Shown: positions 1-9,414 of the stretch, in pieces
How the letters are laid out: each line of letters starts with the position of its first letter
How positions within the stretch are numbered: the stretch's first letter is position 1
IMG/VR virus record: IMGVR_UViG_3300025018_000340
Coordinates: 1 to 35,093 of that record
Strand: one strand, 5' to 3'
DNA length: 35,093 nucleotides
Source: a virus
Lineage: Duplodnaviria; Caudoviricetes
Made by a program: the position numbers and the translations under genes
The notes under the pieces: generated by a model
The model's input: only the letters and a program-made list of their open reading frames with translations
The model's database searches: none
Told to the model about the DNA's origin: nothing

Positions 1-224
1 AAGCCACGCTGGGCGCAGGCAAAGCAAAAGGACAAAGCCGAGGGACTTATGTACGGATGGCGAGAGGGGGAAGCCCACCCCTTCCACGGCAAGCAGGAAA
101 GCGACGTGTGGGCCATGCCGCGCAAGGACACCTCGAAGATGGTACATCCTACGGAAAAGCCCGAGTGGCTCATCCAGAGAGCACTCATGAACAGCTCGAC
201 CAGAGGCCAGCTCGTCGTTGATTT
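1..224. repeat. Terminal direct repeat, copy 1 (224 bp; circular-assembly overlap or terminal redundancy)
   Basis: 1-224 matches 34870-35093 except G97 vs A34966. Confidence 0.97.
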
Positions 225-357
225 GTTTGGGGGATCCGGATCCACGCTGATGGCATCCCACAAGCTCGGCCGGATTTGCTACACGATGGAGCTGGACCCC
301 AAGTTTTGTGACGTCATCAGGAAGCGTGCTGAATGGATTACCAATAAAGGAAAGTAG
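1..357 (+). CDS. C-terminal part of ParB-N / N6-N4 DNA methyltransferase (continues from 33976 across the circular join)
   Basis: HPTEKP and VVDLFGGSGSTL (SAM-binding motif I) ...MELDPKFCDVI; in frame with the ORF starting at 33976 once the overlap is collapsed. Confidence 0.93.
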   Translation, partial: KPRWAQAKQKDKAEGLMYGWREGEAHPFHGKQESDVWAMPRKDTSKMVHPTEKPEWLIQRALMNSSTRGQLVVDLFGGSGSTLMASHKLGRICYTMELDPKFCDVIRKRAEWITNKGK

Positions 358-360
358 AAC

Positions 361-609
361 ATGAGAAAGTGGAGAACAACCCTGACCGTCGAGCCGTTCG
401 TAGACAAGACCAGAACCGACCCGGAAAGCAAAAGCTACGACCCGACCTACGTCCGTACCGTAACGCAGCACATCGGGACCAACAGAGAGAACAGGAAGGT
501 CATGGTTGCTCAGTCCCGGAAGATATCTCAGGCACACCGGGACGAGATCATCGAGCTCAAACGAATCGCAACACGACGCAGTAGGAAGCTGAAGGCGAAG
601 AACCGATGA
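361..609 (+). CDS. Hypothetical basic protein
   Basis: 82-aa ORF tightly packed between neighbours; ATGA overlap with next gene. Confidence 0.7.
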   Translation: MRKWRTTLTVEPFVDKTRTDPESKSYDPTYVRTVTQHIGTNRENRKVMVAQSRKISQAHRDEIIELKRIATRRSRKLKAKNR

Positions 610-938
610 CACCCGACCCGGAAACCAACTACGAGGAAGTGATCGTCTACCACGACAGGCTGTCCCACGTGGACCGGCGCTACCATGTGAAGGGATCGAC
701 CCTGAAGGGAACCGTCACCGACCTCGAGACCGGGAAGGTATACCCGTACAGGATCAACCCGAAAGTGTACATGAACGAGAACGAGTTCCAGAGGGTCGCG
801 CTGTTTGATTTCCACGTGCACGAAATGGTCGCATCCTTGTCGAGGATGGCCAGCCGCCCGGACGAATTAAAAAAAGCCATAGAGGAAGCCGATGCCACGG
901 AAGTACAAGGTACAACCAGTCCAGACGGTACAAACTAG
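606..938 (+). CDS. Hypothetical protein
   Basis: 110-aa ORF, genome-typical codon usage, coupled to upstream gene. Confidence 0.75.
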   Translation: MTPDPETNYEEVIVYHDRLSHVDRRYHVKGSTLKGTVTDLETGKVYPYRINPKVYMNENEFQRVALFDFHVHEMVASLSRMASRPDELKKAIEEADATEVQGTTSPDGTN

Positions 939-1518
939 CGCCTACCCGAGAGAGCCAGACAAACGGTATCTGAGCTTCCTGCTTTACGTCGAGTATGGAT
1001 CCCTGAGCAAGACCCGCGCCGCGTGGGAACAGATCGCAAAGGGGAAGGGTGACATTGGGGAAAGTGACAGGCAGAAACTAGGGGATCCCCCAGTCCAAAG
1101 TACCCTCGAAGCGTGGTGCAAACAGTACCGCTGGGTAGAGCGACGGGAGCTTTTTCAGGTCGAGAAACACGAGGCCATGAAGCAGCGCACAAAAGACTTC
1201 ATGGCCCGGAAGGCGGACACGCTGGCCGAGATCCTGAAGATTAGCCTCGACACGATGCTGACCGAGTACCGTAAGAAGACAACGGTACTCTCGCCCAGCG
1301 ACGTGCGCCAGATTTGGCACATGGTCCAGACCGAGATGAAAGAAGCTACTGAGCAGAAACAAATCAACATGCAGCTGGGAGTCGAGCAGCGCCCCCTGTC
1401 GGCCGACGAAAAAGAGTTCGCGGCCGAGGTGAACGAGATACTCGCCGAACGGATCCGCACCGGCAAGATCCAAGCGCTCCCGGACGACGACACGGAGGGC
1501 CAAGCCTTTGATCGATAA
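892..1518 (+). CDS. terS: Putative terminase small subunit
   Basis: Directly upstream of terL; HTH-like N-terminus with 'STLEAWCKQYRWVERR' motif seen in many TerS proteins; helical C-terminus. Confidence 0.65.
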   Translation: MPRKYKVQPVQTVQTSAYPREPDKRYLSFLLYVEYGSLSKTRAAWEQIAKGKGDIGESDRQKLGDPPVQSTLEAWCKQYRWVERRELFQVEKHEAMKQRTKDFMARKADTLAEILKISLDTMLTEYRKKTTVLSPSDVRQIWHMVQTEMKEATEQKQINMQLGVEQRPLSADEKEFAAEVNEILAERIRTGKIQALPDDDTEGQAFDR

Positions 1519-3139
1519 AGAACTAAACCTCGAGCGGTACAGCACCCTCGAGTGGATCAGGCGAAATAAGATCAAGAACGAGATGGGGAAACCAATAGAG
1601 TTTTCCCATCACTTCTTCATGTTGAAACCGTACACGGACACCAGCGCCATACAGGTATACCGGAAGGGCAGCCAGATCGGAGCCAGCCTCATGCAGACGA
1701 TCAAGACGCTGCATGCCGCACGCTTCCACGGCATCAACCAGATCTACACGCTGCCCACGGACACGGACCGCAACAGCTTCGTGAAGACGAAGGTGAACCC
1801 GGTCATCCAGAACAACTCATGCATCGGAGCCGGGATGCCGTGGAAGATGAAGGACAGCATCGAGGACAAACAGATCGGTCAAAGCTGGATATTCTTCCGG
1901 GGAACATGGACCGAGCGTACCGCCATCATGCTGACGGCCCAGCGAAACATGCACGACGAGTACGATCACTCGAAGCTGCAAGTCGTCGACCAGTACGAAA
2001 CCCGGCAGGGAGCGCAGGCCGAAAGCGACATCCAGTACTTCAGCACCCCGACCATCCCAGACTTTGGCATCGATGCGCTATGGACAAAGAGCGATCAGAA
2101 ACACTGGCGCTTTGAATGCCCACACTGCAGGCACGGCCAGTACATGACGTGGGAGGAAAACGTCGACATCGAGCAGGTCGCCTATGTCTGCGCTGGGTGC
2201 AAAGGCGTAATAACCACAGACGACATCGCAAAGGGAAGGTGGGAGCAGCGATACCCGAAACGCGAGATCAGTGGCTACTGGATAAACCAGCTTATGTGTC
2301 CATGGATAAAGCCGAAGCGCATCATCGAGGCCCGCAACAAGTACGAGGAACGCGGGGAGCTGGACATCTTCTACAACTTCAACCTCGGCATGCCATACGT
2401 CAGCAGCGATCAGCAGATCCCCAGCACCTATTTCATCAGGAACATCCGGGAGCTGGCCGACATAGACCTCAAGGGAGGCAACGTGATGGGCATAGACACC
2501 GGGGGAGCGAAAGGGAACCACGCAGTCATACGGAACAGGTCTGGTGTTTTTTGGGTCGGGAAGTTCCTCGACAGCTACGTATCCCTGCCCGGAGACGCAA
2601 GCTGCGAGTACTGCGGTCGGCCGATCATCAGGACACACAAGTGCGGATGCCGCTGGGAGCAGATCGCAGATTTTATATCCCGGGACAAAGGCTTCGACAT
2701 AGAGACGATCGTCATCGACGGACTGCCGTACACACAGGAAGCGCTGACCCTTGCCCGGAAATTTCCATACAGAGTATTCCTCGCGGTATTTAACGACAAG
2801 CTGGACGACATGACCATCATTCAGTACGAAGACCAGCGCCGGGCCAAGGAGGCACGCAGGCGGCCGCTCGAGGAACAGGCACGCGTCCAGATTGCACGCA
2901 CCCGGATCATCGACCACTTCGTCTCCCGGCTACGCAAGCAGAAGATCCCGCACTGCGTACCGATTGACAGCGACGGATTTCAAGAGCTACTGAAGCACGC
3001 CGGCAACATGTTCGCCCGGAACATCGAGGGGAAGTTCGGCCAGACCAGACGTGAGTGGGCAAACACCGGGGCCATCGATCTGATGATGGCAGAGATATAT
3101 GCTGAGGTAGCTCTAATGCGGGAGGGGGTCGATGACTGA
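1508..3139 (+). CDS. terL: Terminase large subunit, GpA-type ATPase
   Basis: Walker A-like KGSQIGAS, Walker B HDEYD, STPT motif, CPHC...CAGC Zn motif, nuclease MGIDTG; TTG start. Confidence 0.9.
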   Translation: MIDKELNLERYSTLEWIRRNKIKNEMGKPIEFSHHFFMLKPYTDTSAIQVYRKGSQIGASLMQTIKTLHAARFHGINQIYTLPTDTDRNSFVKTKVNPVIQNNSCIGAGMPWKMKDSIEDKQIGQSWIFFRGTWTERTAIMLTAQRNMHDEYDHSKLQVVDQYETRQGAQAESDIQYFSTPTIPDFGIDALWTKSDQKHWRFECPHCRHGQYMTWEENVDIEQVAYVCAGCKGVITTDDIAKGRWEQRYPKREISGYWINQLMCPWIKPKRIIEARNKYEERGELDIFYNFNLGMPYVSSDQQIPSTYFIRNIRELADIDLKGGNVMGIDTGGAKGNHAVIRNRSGVFWVGKFLDSYVSLPGDASCEYCGRPIIRTHKCGCRWEQIADFISRDKGFDIETIVIDGLPYTQEALTLARKFPYRVFLAVFNDKLDDMTIIQYEDQRRAKEARRRPLEEQARVQIARTRIIDHFVSRLRKQKIPHCVPIDSDGFQELLKHAGNMFARNIEGKFGQTRREWANTGAIDLMMAEIYAEVALMREGVDD

Positions 3140-3359
3140 GATCCGTAACCCAATCAAACACCCGATCGCAACGGCCAAACTCAAGACCGGAGAGGTGATC
3201 ATGGTCTACTCACTGACTCCACGCGAGGTGATACTGATCAACGAAATCCGCAAGCTACCCTACGGAGAAATCCTCGTGAAGATGCGCGAAGGGAAAATCC
3301 ACCAAGCCCTACCCACAGGCAGCCTCGCATTCTGGGACTTGTGCGAAAATGATTCCTGA
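3132..3359 (+). CDS. Small DUF2292/YezD-like protein
   Basis: 'IRKLPYGEILVKMREGKI' resembles the DUF2292 pattern (YGxxxIxxxDGK); recognised by eye only. Confidence 0.5.
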   Translation: MTEIRNPIKHPIATAKLKTGEVIMVYSLTPREVILINEIRKLPYGEILVKMREGKIHQALPTGSLAFWDLCENDS

Positions 3360-3368
3360 TTTAATATT

Positions 3369-3456
3369 TGTCGCGCCAAAACACCCACGACGACGACATC
3401 GGAAAAACCGACTCGGCGACGTAAGATTCCAAACTTACCTCCCTAGTCGGTTTTTC
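3369..3456 (+). promoter_or_regulatory. Two-hairpin leader (attenuator/terminator-like) just upstream of the portal start
   Basis: TGTCG 3369-73/CGACA 3394-98; 12-bp stem GAAAAACCGACT 3402-13/AGTCGGTTTTTC 3445-56 with inner GTAAG/CTTAC stem. Confidence 0.6.
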
Positions 3457-3458
3457 AA

Positions 3459-5318
3459 ATGCCATACTCCCCAAGCGACGAAGACGCAGAGATCATCAGG
3501 CTCTGGCTCGAGAGATACAAAAGAGCAAAAGAGTCCAAGGATCCCATCCGGAAGAAGCACCTGCGAAAGTACGAGCTGTACAGGGGATACCGGCGCAAGA
3601 GCAACTATGCATACGACACCAGCCTGATGCCACCGATAGCATTCAAGGTGGTGCGGACCATCGTGTCCAGACTGGCCAACCAGAACATCGACGTGAATAT
3701 ATACGCAGGGGATAAGACAGACCTCGCAGACGACGTGCTCGACCGCTGGAAGCAGCTGGCGAACCACGCCCTCGACATCGACGACATCGACTCCAAGATC
3801 ATCACCCACATGTGGAACGCTGCCACGTTTGGAAATGGCGTACTCATGCCGCAATGGGACTACAGGACCGAGGAACCAGTGACGACCGACCTCGACCTGT
3901 GGGACCTACTCCCGGCCCCGGAGACGGTCACGTGGGAAACTATGCCATGGCTGATCCAGCGCATCGTCCGACCGAAAGAGCAGGTGGACTACGAGGAACA
4001 ACAGCGCGGAGAGAACCGCATATACAACAACTACGACCTGCTGAGCGGTGGAGACTTTGAGGATTGGAAAAAGGAACGCTACGAGATCAACACCCTGAAG
4101 ATGGCCAGCATCGACCACGCGACCAAGCCGCTCGAGGATGAGAGGACAACGGCCAGTGGCATGCTAGACAAGAACGAACCCGGCAAGAACGTCGAGTTCC
4201 TGTACTGCCACGACTTCGTGAAGAAACGCCTAGTGGTTATCGGAAACCAAGCGATACTCAACCGCAACGAAGTACACCCATACGCAGACGTCAACCACGC
4301 CCGGATCTTCCTGTCCACGCCAGCACACGAGATCCCCAACGAGCCGTGGGCAGATGGATACCTCGACCCCATAGAAACGACCATCCACGAGATCGCGGAC
4401 AACAGGAACCACCGAATGGACAGCATAGTTTTCTCGCTGGATCCCATCCTCAAGATTAAAAAAGGACACGAGTACAGCCCGAAGGACTTCGAGTTCGGAC
4501 CCGGGCAAGTGTGGCAACTGACAGATCCAGAGCTGGACGTCATCATCGAACGGCCCCGGGAACTAAGCCAAGACAACGTGCAGAACGAAAGCATGCTGAT
4601 GCAAGAGGCAGAGGAAACCGTCGGCGTGATTGACTACATGCAGGGGACACCGCAGTCATCCTCCGAGCCAACCTCCAAGGTCGCGCTCCTGCTGGGCCAG
4701 AGCAACCAAGGAATGAGCCTGCCGATCAAGAACCTCCGGAAGACGCTGAACACCCTCGTGTCGATTTACATCCAGATGTACAAGAAGTGGCTGACGTCGG
4801 ACAAGCTGTACAGGCTGACAGGGGAAGACGACTTCAAGAGCTTTCACATGAGCGACAAGGAAGTGAGCATCGATGCCGAGGTGGACATCGAAGCAGTCGT
4901 ACCCAAGGACAGGAACCAACGCGTCGCCGAGCTCCAGCTCCTGTGGCAGATGCTGATCGAACCCGGACCAGTCGGGGGAGGGGAAGACCCAGAGCAAGTG
5001 GCGATCTGGGCAGACCGGAAAGGAAAAACAGAGAAGCTGATAGTAGAGGAACTAGGAGACGAACGATACCTCGAGATCCTAGATCCACCAGAGCGGCTCC
5101 CGGCCGAAGCAGCTCCCCAAGCGCCAGCAGAGATCCCACCACAGGCAGCCGGGCCACCACCAGAGGGATCGCCAGAGCAACAACCGTCAACTCAACAGCC
5201 AACGCAAGAACAGGTCGATCTAGCGAAGGCACAAATCCAGCAGGAAGTAGACTCCGGCCAAGGTCGGATAGGAAAACTACTCCAAAAGATCCCACTCATA
5301 AACCGTTTATTCCAGTAA
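3459..5318 (+). CDS. Portal protein (P22/SU10-like podovirus type)
   Basis: 619 aa after terL; 'NAATFGNGV', 'IADNRNHRMDSIVFSLDP' helices; Pro/Gln-rich C-terminal tail. Confidence 0.85.
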   Translation: MPYSPSDEDAEIIRLWLERYKRAKESKDPIRKKHLRKYELYRGYRRKSNYAYDTSLMPPIAFKVVRTIVSRLANQNIDVNIYAGDKTDLADDVLDRWKQLANHALDIDDIDSKIITHMWNAATFGNGVLMPQWDYRTEEPVTTDLDLWDLLPAPETVTWETMPWLIQRIVRPKEQVDYEEQQRGENRIYNNYDLLSGGDFEDWKKERYEINTLKMASIDHATKPLEDERTTASGMLDKNEPGKNVEFLYCHDFVKKRLVVIGNQAILNRNEVHPYADVNHARIFLSTPAHEIPNEPWADGYLDPIETTIHEIADNRNHRMDSIVFSLDPILKIKKGHEYSPKDFEFGPGQVWQLTDPELDVIIERPRELSQDNVQNESMLMQEAEETVGVIDYMQGTPQSSSEPTSKVALLLGQSNQGMSLPIKNLRKTLNTLVSIYIQMYKKWLTSDKLYRLTGEDDFKSFHMSDKEVSIDAEVDIEAVVPKDRNQRVAELQLLWQMLIEPGPVGGGEDPEQVAIWADRKGKTEKLIVEELGDERYLEILDPPERLPAEAAPQAPAEIPPQAAGPPPEGSPEQQPSTQQPTQEQVDLAKAQIQQEVDSGQGRIGKLLQKIPLINRLFQ

Positions 5319-5331
5319 AAGGAGGCAGAAC

Positions 5332-5610
5332 ATGCCAGACCAAAACATCGAGAGCTTACCCGACGACCAAGCCGCTGATAGCAAAATGGACCAAGGCGGA
5401 GAGTTCGACAAGGTCCGGGCAGTCGTCGACGCAGCCGCGCAATCATTCGAGAGCGGAACGTCAGACTTTACCCAGACCCTCACCGGCCTCATCGACACGC
5501 TGACCCAGATGCGTGACGAAGGATCGCCCGGAGCAGATGGGCCAGCGCCAGAGCAAGACCTCTTCGGGGGGATGTCCAGCACCCCAACCAAGCTCAACCT
5601 CGGAGCCTAG
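5332..5610 (+). CDS. Hypothetical acidic protein
   Basis: AAAAGGAGG Shine-Dalgarno upstream; 92 aa. Confidence 0.75.
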   Translation: MPDQNIESLPDDQAADSKMDQGGEFDKVRAVVDAAAQSFESGTSDFTQTLTGLIDTLTQMRDEGSPGADGPAPEQDLFGGMSSTPTKLNLGA

Positions 5611-5612
5611 AC

Positions 5613-5885
5613 ATGCCGAACGACACGCTCAACAAGAAGCACCGCGACCTCCTCGACATCGAGGCCATGCTGGACACCCCGGGATGGCTCGTGCTCGAGG
5701 CCAGACTGAATGAGCGTATAGCAGACTCAGTAGCAGAGATGGAAGAACAGATCCTGAAAGACGACACGCTCGGCAAGCCAAAAGCGGTCGAAGCCGCAGC
5801 GAAAGCGAGAGCCTACCGGGGAGTCTTCGGACTCATCAGAGAAATCATCGCGGATGGTCGCTCGTACTTAACAACCATTAGTTAG
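5613..5885 (+). CDS. Small helical head-module protein
   Basis: 'MLDTPGWLVLEARL' pattern common in small genes downstream of podovirus portals. Confidence 0.7.
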   Translation: MPNDTLNKKHRDLLDIEAMLDTPGWLVLEARLNERIADSVAEMEEQILKDDTLGKPKAVEAAAKARAYRGVFGLIREIIADGRSYLTTIS

Positions 5886-5896
5886 AAAGCGAACGC

Positions 5897-6697
5897 ATGC
5901 AAAGCCCGAAATTTGACAAAGCACAGTCCATTCCAATCACCGACAAGACAGCCACAGCCAACGGCACAGGGATCGACACCTACGTCCAGTCCCGTCCGTT
6001 CTATGACCGGGCGCTCGGCTTGGTGGAGATCGGAGCAATCGTCGGGTCGGTCCAGTCAGCTCTGACCACAGCCCTCGCCGGGGCCAACAACGACCTCGTC
6101 TTCACTGCGATAGACGCAGGCGACGCCGGAGACTTGATCACCGTCGCGTACATCGACCCCGGAGTGGATGGCGCGACACTCGCATCCACAACGACCGGCA
6201 CAGACATCGTTGTGGATCTCGGAACAGACGCCGGAGACTCGGCGACGGCAGATGTCGGTGCTGGCGACGACGGAACAGTCACCACGACAGTCACCGCCGC
6301 AGGGTCAGCAGGGAACGCCTTCACGATCGAAGTGGTCGAAGGTGTGGGGAATGATATCCCGCTCTCGGCAGTCAACACCGCTGGCGCAATCGTCGTCACG
6401 CTGGCAACAGGAGGCGCTGGCGCTCTGGACGCAGCCGCAAACACGGCAACGCTCGTGGCCGGTGTTATTGACGCACTCGCCGACGTAACCGCAGCCGCAA
6501 GCGGAACCGGAGCGACCGCGCTATCGGCAGCAGAAGCAGAGCAAGCCTTCACGGGAGGCGGAGCCAACTACGCAATCACCACCACAGCGACCCTACTGAA
6601 AGCGGCCGTCGAAGCAGACACTGACGCAGCCGCAATCCTCTGGAACATCGAACCCCCGTACCAGACCGACACCGCCAGCGAAACGGACAACAGCTAG
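5897..6697 (+). CDS. Ala/Gly/Thr-rich virion surface (decoration-like) protein with inserted beta-domains
   Basis: 266 aa; 'NNDLVFTA..GDAGDLITVAYIDPG' and 'GSAGNAFTIEVV' modules resemble inserts in tail sheaths and flagellins. Confidence 0.6.
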   Translation: MQSPKFDKAQSIPITDKTATANGTGIDTYVQSRPFYDRALGLVEIGAIVGSVQSALTTALAGANNDLVFTAIDAGDAGDLITVAYIDPGVDGATLASTTTGTDIVVDLGTDAGDSATADVGAGDDGTVTTTVTAAGSAGNAFTIEVVEGVGNDIPLSAVNTAGAIVVTLATGGAGALDAAANTATLVAGVIDALADVTAAASGTGATALSAAEAEQAFTGGGANYAITTTATLLKAAVEADTDAAAILWNIEPPYQTDTASETDNS

Positions 6698-6727
6698 GCT
6701 TATCCAATTACTCGACAGGAGAACGAC

Positions 6728-7471
6728 GTGCCAAACCCCCAAGACTATGACTCCATAATTGATGCCCTGCCGGACGATGGCAGCACCAACGGAGATCAGC
6801 AGCCGCAAGGTGACCCAGCGACCCCGGACACACCGCAGCCGGACGCTACCAATGACCCCTACCACGGCAAGAGCAGGGAAGATGTCATCGCAGAAAACAA
6901 GGCGCTCCAAGAGAGGCTGAACCCGGACCTCGACGACCTCGACGACCTGAGCGACGACGACCTGCCGGACCTCGGCTTCACGAAGGAACAGATGGAGACG
7001 ATGGAACCGGCCGACTTGATCAAGGCTCTATACAGGAACATCGCCAAAGCAGCCATCCCCCGGATCCAAGCCCGGATCCAGCAGGATCAGCAGCAGAAGG
7101 AAACCCTGCAAGAAACCATCGGGAAGCAAGTGACCGCCATGGTAGACAAGTACCCGGCCGCCAAGACCAACGAAGCATTCCGAACATATGTGAAGCTTTT
7201 TCTGCAGCAGGACAAGCCAGACGGAACACGCTACACGCTCGAGGAAGCCTTCGACAAGGTAGCCAAAGACTTGAATATCCAACCTGCCCAGCAACCCGGC
7301 ACTGCCGGTCAGGGCAGGAATCAAATCGAATCGGATGGAGCGGGGGCCAACCCTCCGCCTAGAACCGATCTAGAGACAATCGGCGGTGCTCCGGGGACAA
7401 CGAAACGCGGAGGGATAAAGGAGGCACTCTCTCAGGCCGCGCAGACGAAGTCCAACAGCATCTTCCGCTAA
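6728..7471 (+). CDS. Capsid scaffolding protein
   Basis: Acidic disordered N-terminus, coiled coil, position immediately before the capsid gene; AGGAG SD with GTG start. Confidence 0.75.
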   Translation: MPNPQDYDSIIDALPDDGSTNGDQQPQGDPATPDTPQPDATNDPYHGKSREDVIAENKALQERLNPDLDDLDDLSDDDLPDLGFTKEQMETMEPADLIKALYRNIAKAAIPRIQARIQQDQQQKETLQETIGKQVTAMVDKYPAAKTNEAFRTYVKLFLQQDKPDGTRYTLEEAFDKVAKDLNIQPAQQPGTAGQGRNQIESDGAGANPPPRTDLETIGGAPGTTKRGGIKEALSQAAQTKSNSIFR

Positions 7472-7514
7472 GGTCGACCAGCAACGGAAACCCTCATGAA
7501 AGGAGGAAACAACA

Positions 7515-8699
7515 ATGACATTACTAGCAGACGGAACACGCGACACTGGGGATATTCTAGCCGCAACGAGAACATTCGATGTGGCTGACGAAATCGCCCT
7601 ACTCGACGCAAACCGCTATCCATTCCTCGGCATCTTGACCAACACGGCCGGGAAGGATCTCGTGAACGGACAGAAGGTGAAGATCAATAAGAAAGAAACC
7701 GGATCCCACAAGTTCATCGTCTACACGAAGGAACTCCGCGCTCGTAGCTTTACCGGTGAGGGCACGATCGATCCCGATGGCGGCACGCTTACGCTGGCCA
7801 GCGGAGGGAACGAGATCAACGTCGGTGACGTTCTTTTGGTCACAGCCCAAGGATGGCACATGCGCGTCACATCGATCACCAGCGACACAGCCCTCGTGGT
7901 GACTGCAGACGTCGGTGGAGCCACAGGCGCAGCCGCGACAGCAGTCGGAGAAGTCCTGCGGATTGGCTCAGCCAGTCAGCAAGGCGCAAGCTATCGGAAC
8001 ATCCTCGGAACGGATCCAGCAGCCGTGTACAACTACACACAGATCTTCCGCAACAGCGCCGGGGCAACCCGAACCAGCATCGCGGAAAAAGGATTCCTGA
8101 AACAGAACGACTGGGACCAGCAACTCGTCGAGATCGGCATCGAGCATTACAACGACATCGAATACTCGTTCATCTTTGGTGAACGTGGACTCGTGGCAGG
8201 CTCGGCATCGACAAACGAGATGACCTACACCAGAGGACTGATCGAGTGGATCCAATCCAACCGCACCGCGAATGTCGATACAGAAGCCGAGTTCAAAACA
8301 TGGCTATCTGCCCAAGCGTTCAAGCATGGCAAGAAGGAAAAAGTCCTACTCGCCGGCGCGAACGTCATCGACATGATCACTACGTGGTGGGAAGGACGCG
8401 TCCAAGTGACGCAAGACGAGCGCACGTTCGGCATTTTGGTGAACCAGATCCAGACCCCAGTCGGAAAACTCATGGTGATCAACCACGAGTTCCTGACCGG
8501 AACCACCTACGCCAACTACGCAATCGCCGTCGACATCGAAGACGTGGCCTACCGCTACCTCACAGGCTCCGACACGAAGCTACTCCAGAACCGGCAGAAC
8601 CCCGGTGAAGACGGCCGAGTGGATGAGTACCTGACGGAAGCTGGCCTGTATCTCGCCAACGAGAAACGCCACGCCATCATGTCGAAAGGATCCCTCTAG
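7515..8699 (+). CDS. Major capsid protein (DUF5309/SU10-like HK97 fold)
   Basis: 'VYNYTQIFR', 'DIEYSFIFGE', 'TRGLIEWI', 'EYLTEAGL' motifs; strong GAAAGGAGG SD. Confidence 0.9.
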   Translation: MTLLADGTRDTGDILAATRTFDVADEIALLDANRYPFLGILTNTAGKDLVNGQKVKINKKETGSHKFIVYTKELRARSFTGEGTIDPDGGTLTLASGGNEINVGDVLLVTAQGWHMRVTSITSDTALVVTADVGGATGAAATAVGEVLRIGSASQQGASYRNILGTDPAAVYNYTQIFRNSAGATRTSIAEKGFLKQNDWDQQLVEIGIEHYNDIEYSFIFGERGLVAGSASTNEMTYTRGLIEWIQSNRTANVDTEAEFKTWLSAQAFKHGKKEKVLLAGANVIDMITTWWEGRVQVTQDERTFGILVNQIQTPVGKLMVINHEFLTGTTYANYAIAVDIEDVAYRYLTGSDTKLLQNRQNPGEDGRVDEYLTEAGLYLANEKRHAIMSKGSL

Positions 8700-8701
8700 A
8701 C

Positions 8702-8760
8702 CCGGTGATAGACGCACTGCTGCCCACCCTTCTCAATGGGCAGTAGCGGTCTGCTACCGG
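8702..8760 (+). terminator. Long interrupted hairpin after the capsid gene (terminator or mRNA-stabilising stem)
   Basis: CCGGT/ACCGG, AGAC/GTCT and CTGCTGCCCA/TGGGCAGTAG nested stems; only a weak U-tract (GTTTATT) follows. Confidence 0.6.
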
Positions 8761-8787
8761 CAGAGTTTATTCCCATACGGAGGCGTC

Positions 8788-9393
8788 ATGCCTAACACAC
8801 GCGCTGAGCTCGACCGCATCGAGCTCAAAAAACTAAAAGAGCTCTACACCGAGAAAACCGGACGAAGCCCGGTCGGTGTGAGCAAAGCAAAAATGGTCGA
8901 TGCAATCATCGCCATACAAACAGAAGACCCCGGAGACTCGTTCCCGGAGCCTGAAGCTGCACCAGAGGAAGACACTGGCATCTTCGACCAGCCAGAGGTG
9001 TTCGAGTTCATCACCCGGCACGACAACCTGACCATCGTCGTGAAGTCCCGTCGCAAGCGCATCATCGATGACGAGATCATCTACACGGACGGAGAATCGA
9101 TCCAGTTCAAAAACGGCATATTCAAAACAACCGACCCGGCCACGGCCGAGTACCTCCGCAAGAACGACATGCGGAAAAGAAACGTATACCAAGAGGTCGT
9201 GACCAAGGTAGGCCCGGACCTCGCCAAGCAAGTGCAAGAGCTGAAGAAAAACATCGGAGACGAGCAAGACAAGAACCGTAGGCTGCAGGCCGAGATCGAC
9301 AGGCTGGCCAAGCTCCAGCAAGGGCAAGCCGAGACAGCGAAGGACGCACCAGAGGGAGCACCAGAGGCCGAAGAAACGCCAGCATTTAACTAA
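8788..9393 (+). CDS. Hypothetical protein with Rho-N/HeH-like N-terminus and coiled coil
   Basis: 'LKKLKELY...VSKAKMVDAII' helix-extension-helix pattern; GGAGG SD. Confidence 0.7.
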   Translation: MPNTRAELDRIELKKLKELYTEKTGRSPVGVSKAKMVDAIIAIQTEDPGDSFPEPEAAPEEDTGIFDQPEVFEFITRHDNLTIVVKSRRKRIIDDEIIYTDGESIQFKNGIFKTTDPATAEYLRKNDMRKRNVYQEVVTKVGPDLAKQVQELKKNIGDEQDKNRRLQAEIDRLAKLQQGQAETAKDAPEGAPEAEETPAFN

Positions 9394-9414
9394 CCACCTA
9401 ACAGGACACAACTC

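Noticed and set aside
867-876. A-run slippery site upstream of terS
   Set aside because: The -1 frame does not lead into terS, which has its own SD and ATG.
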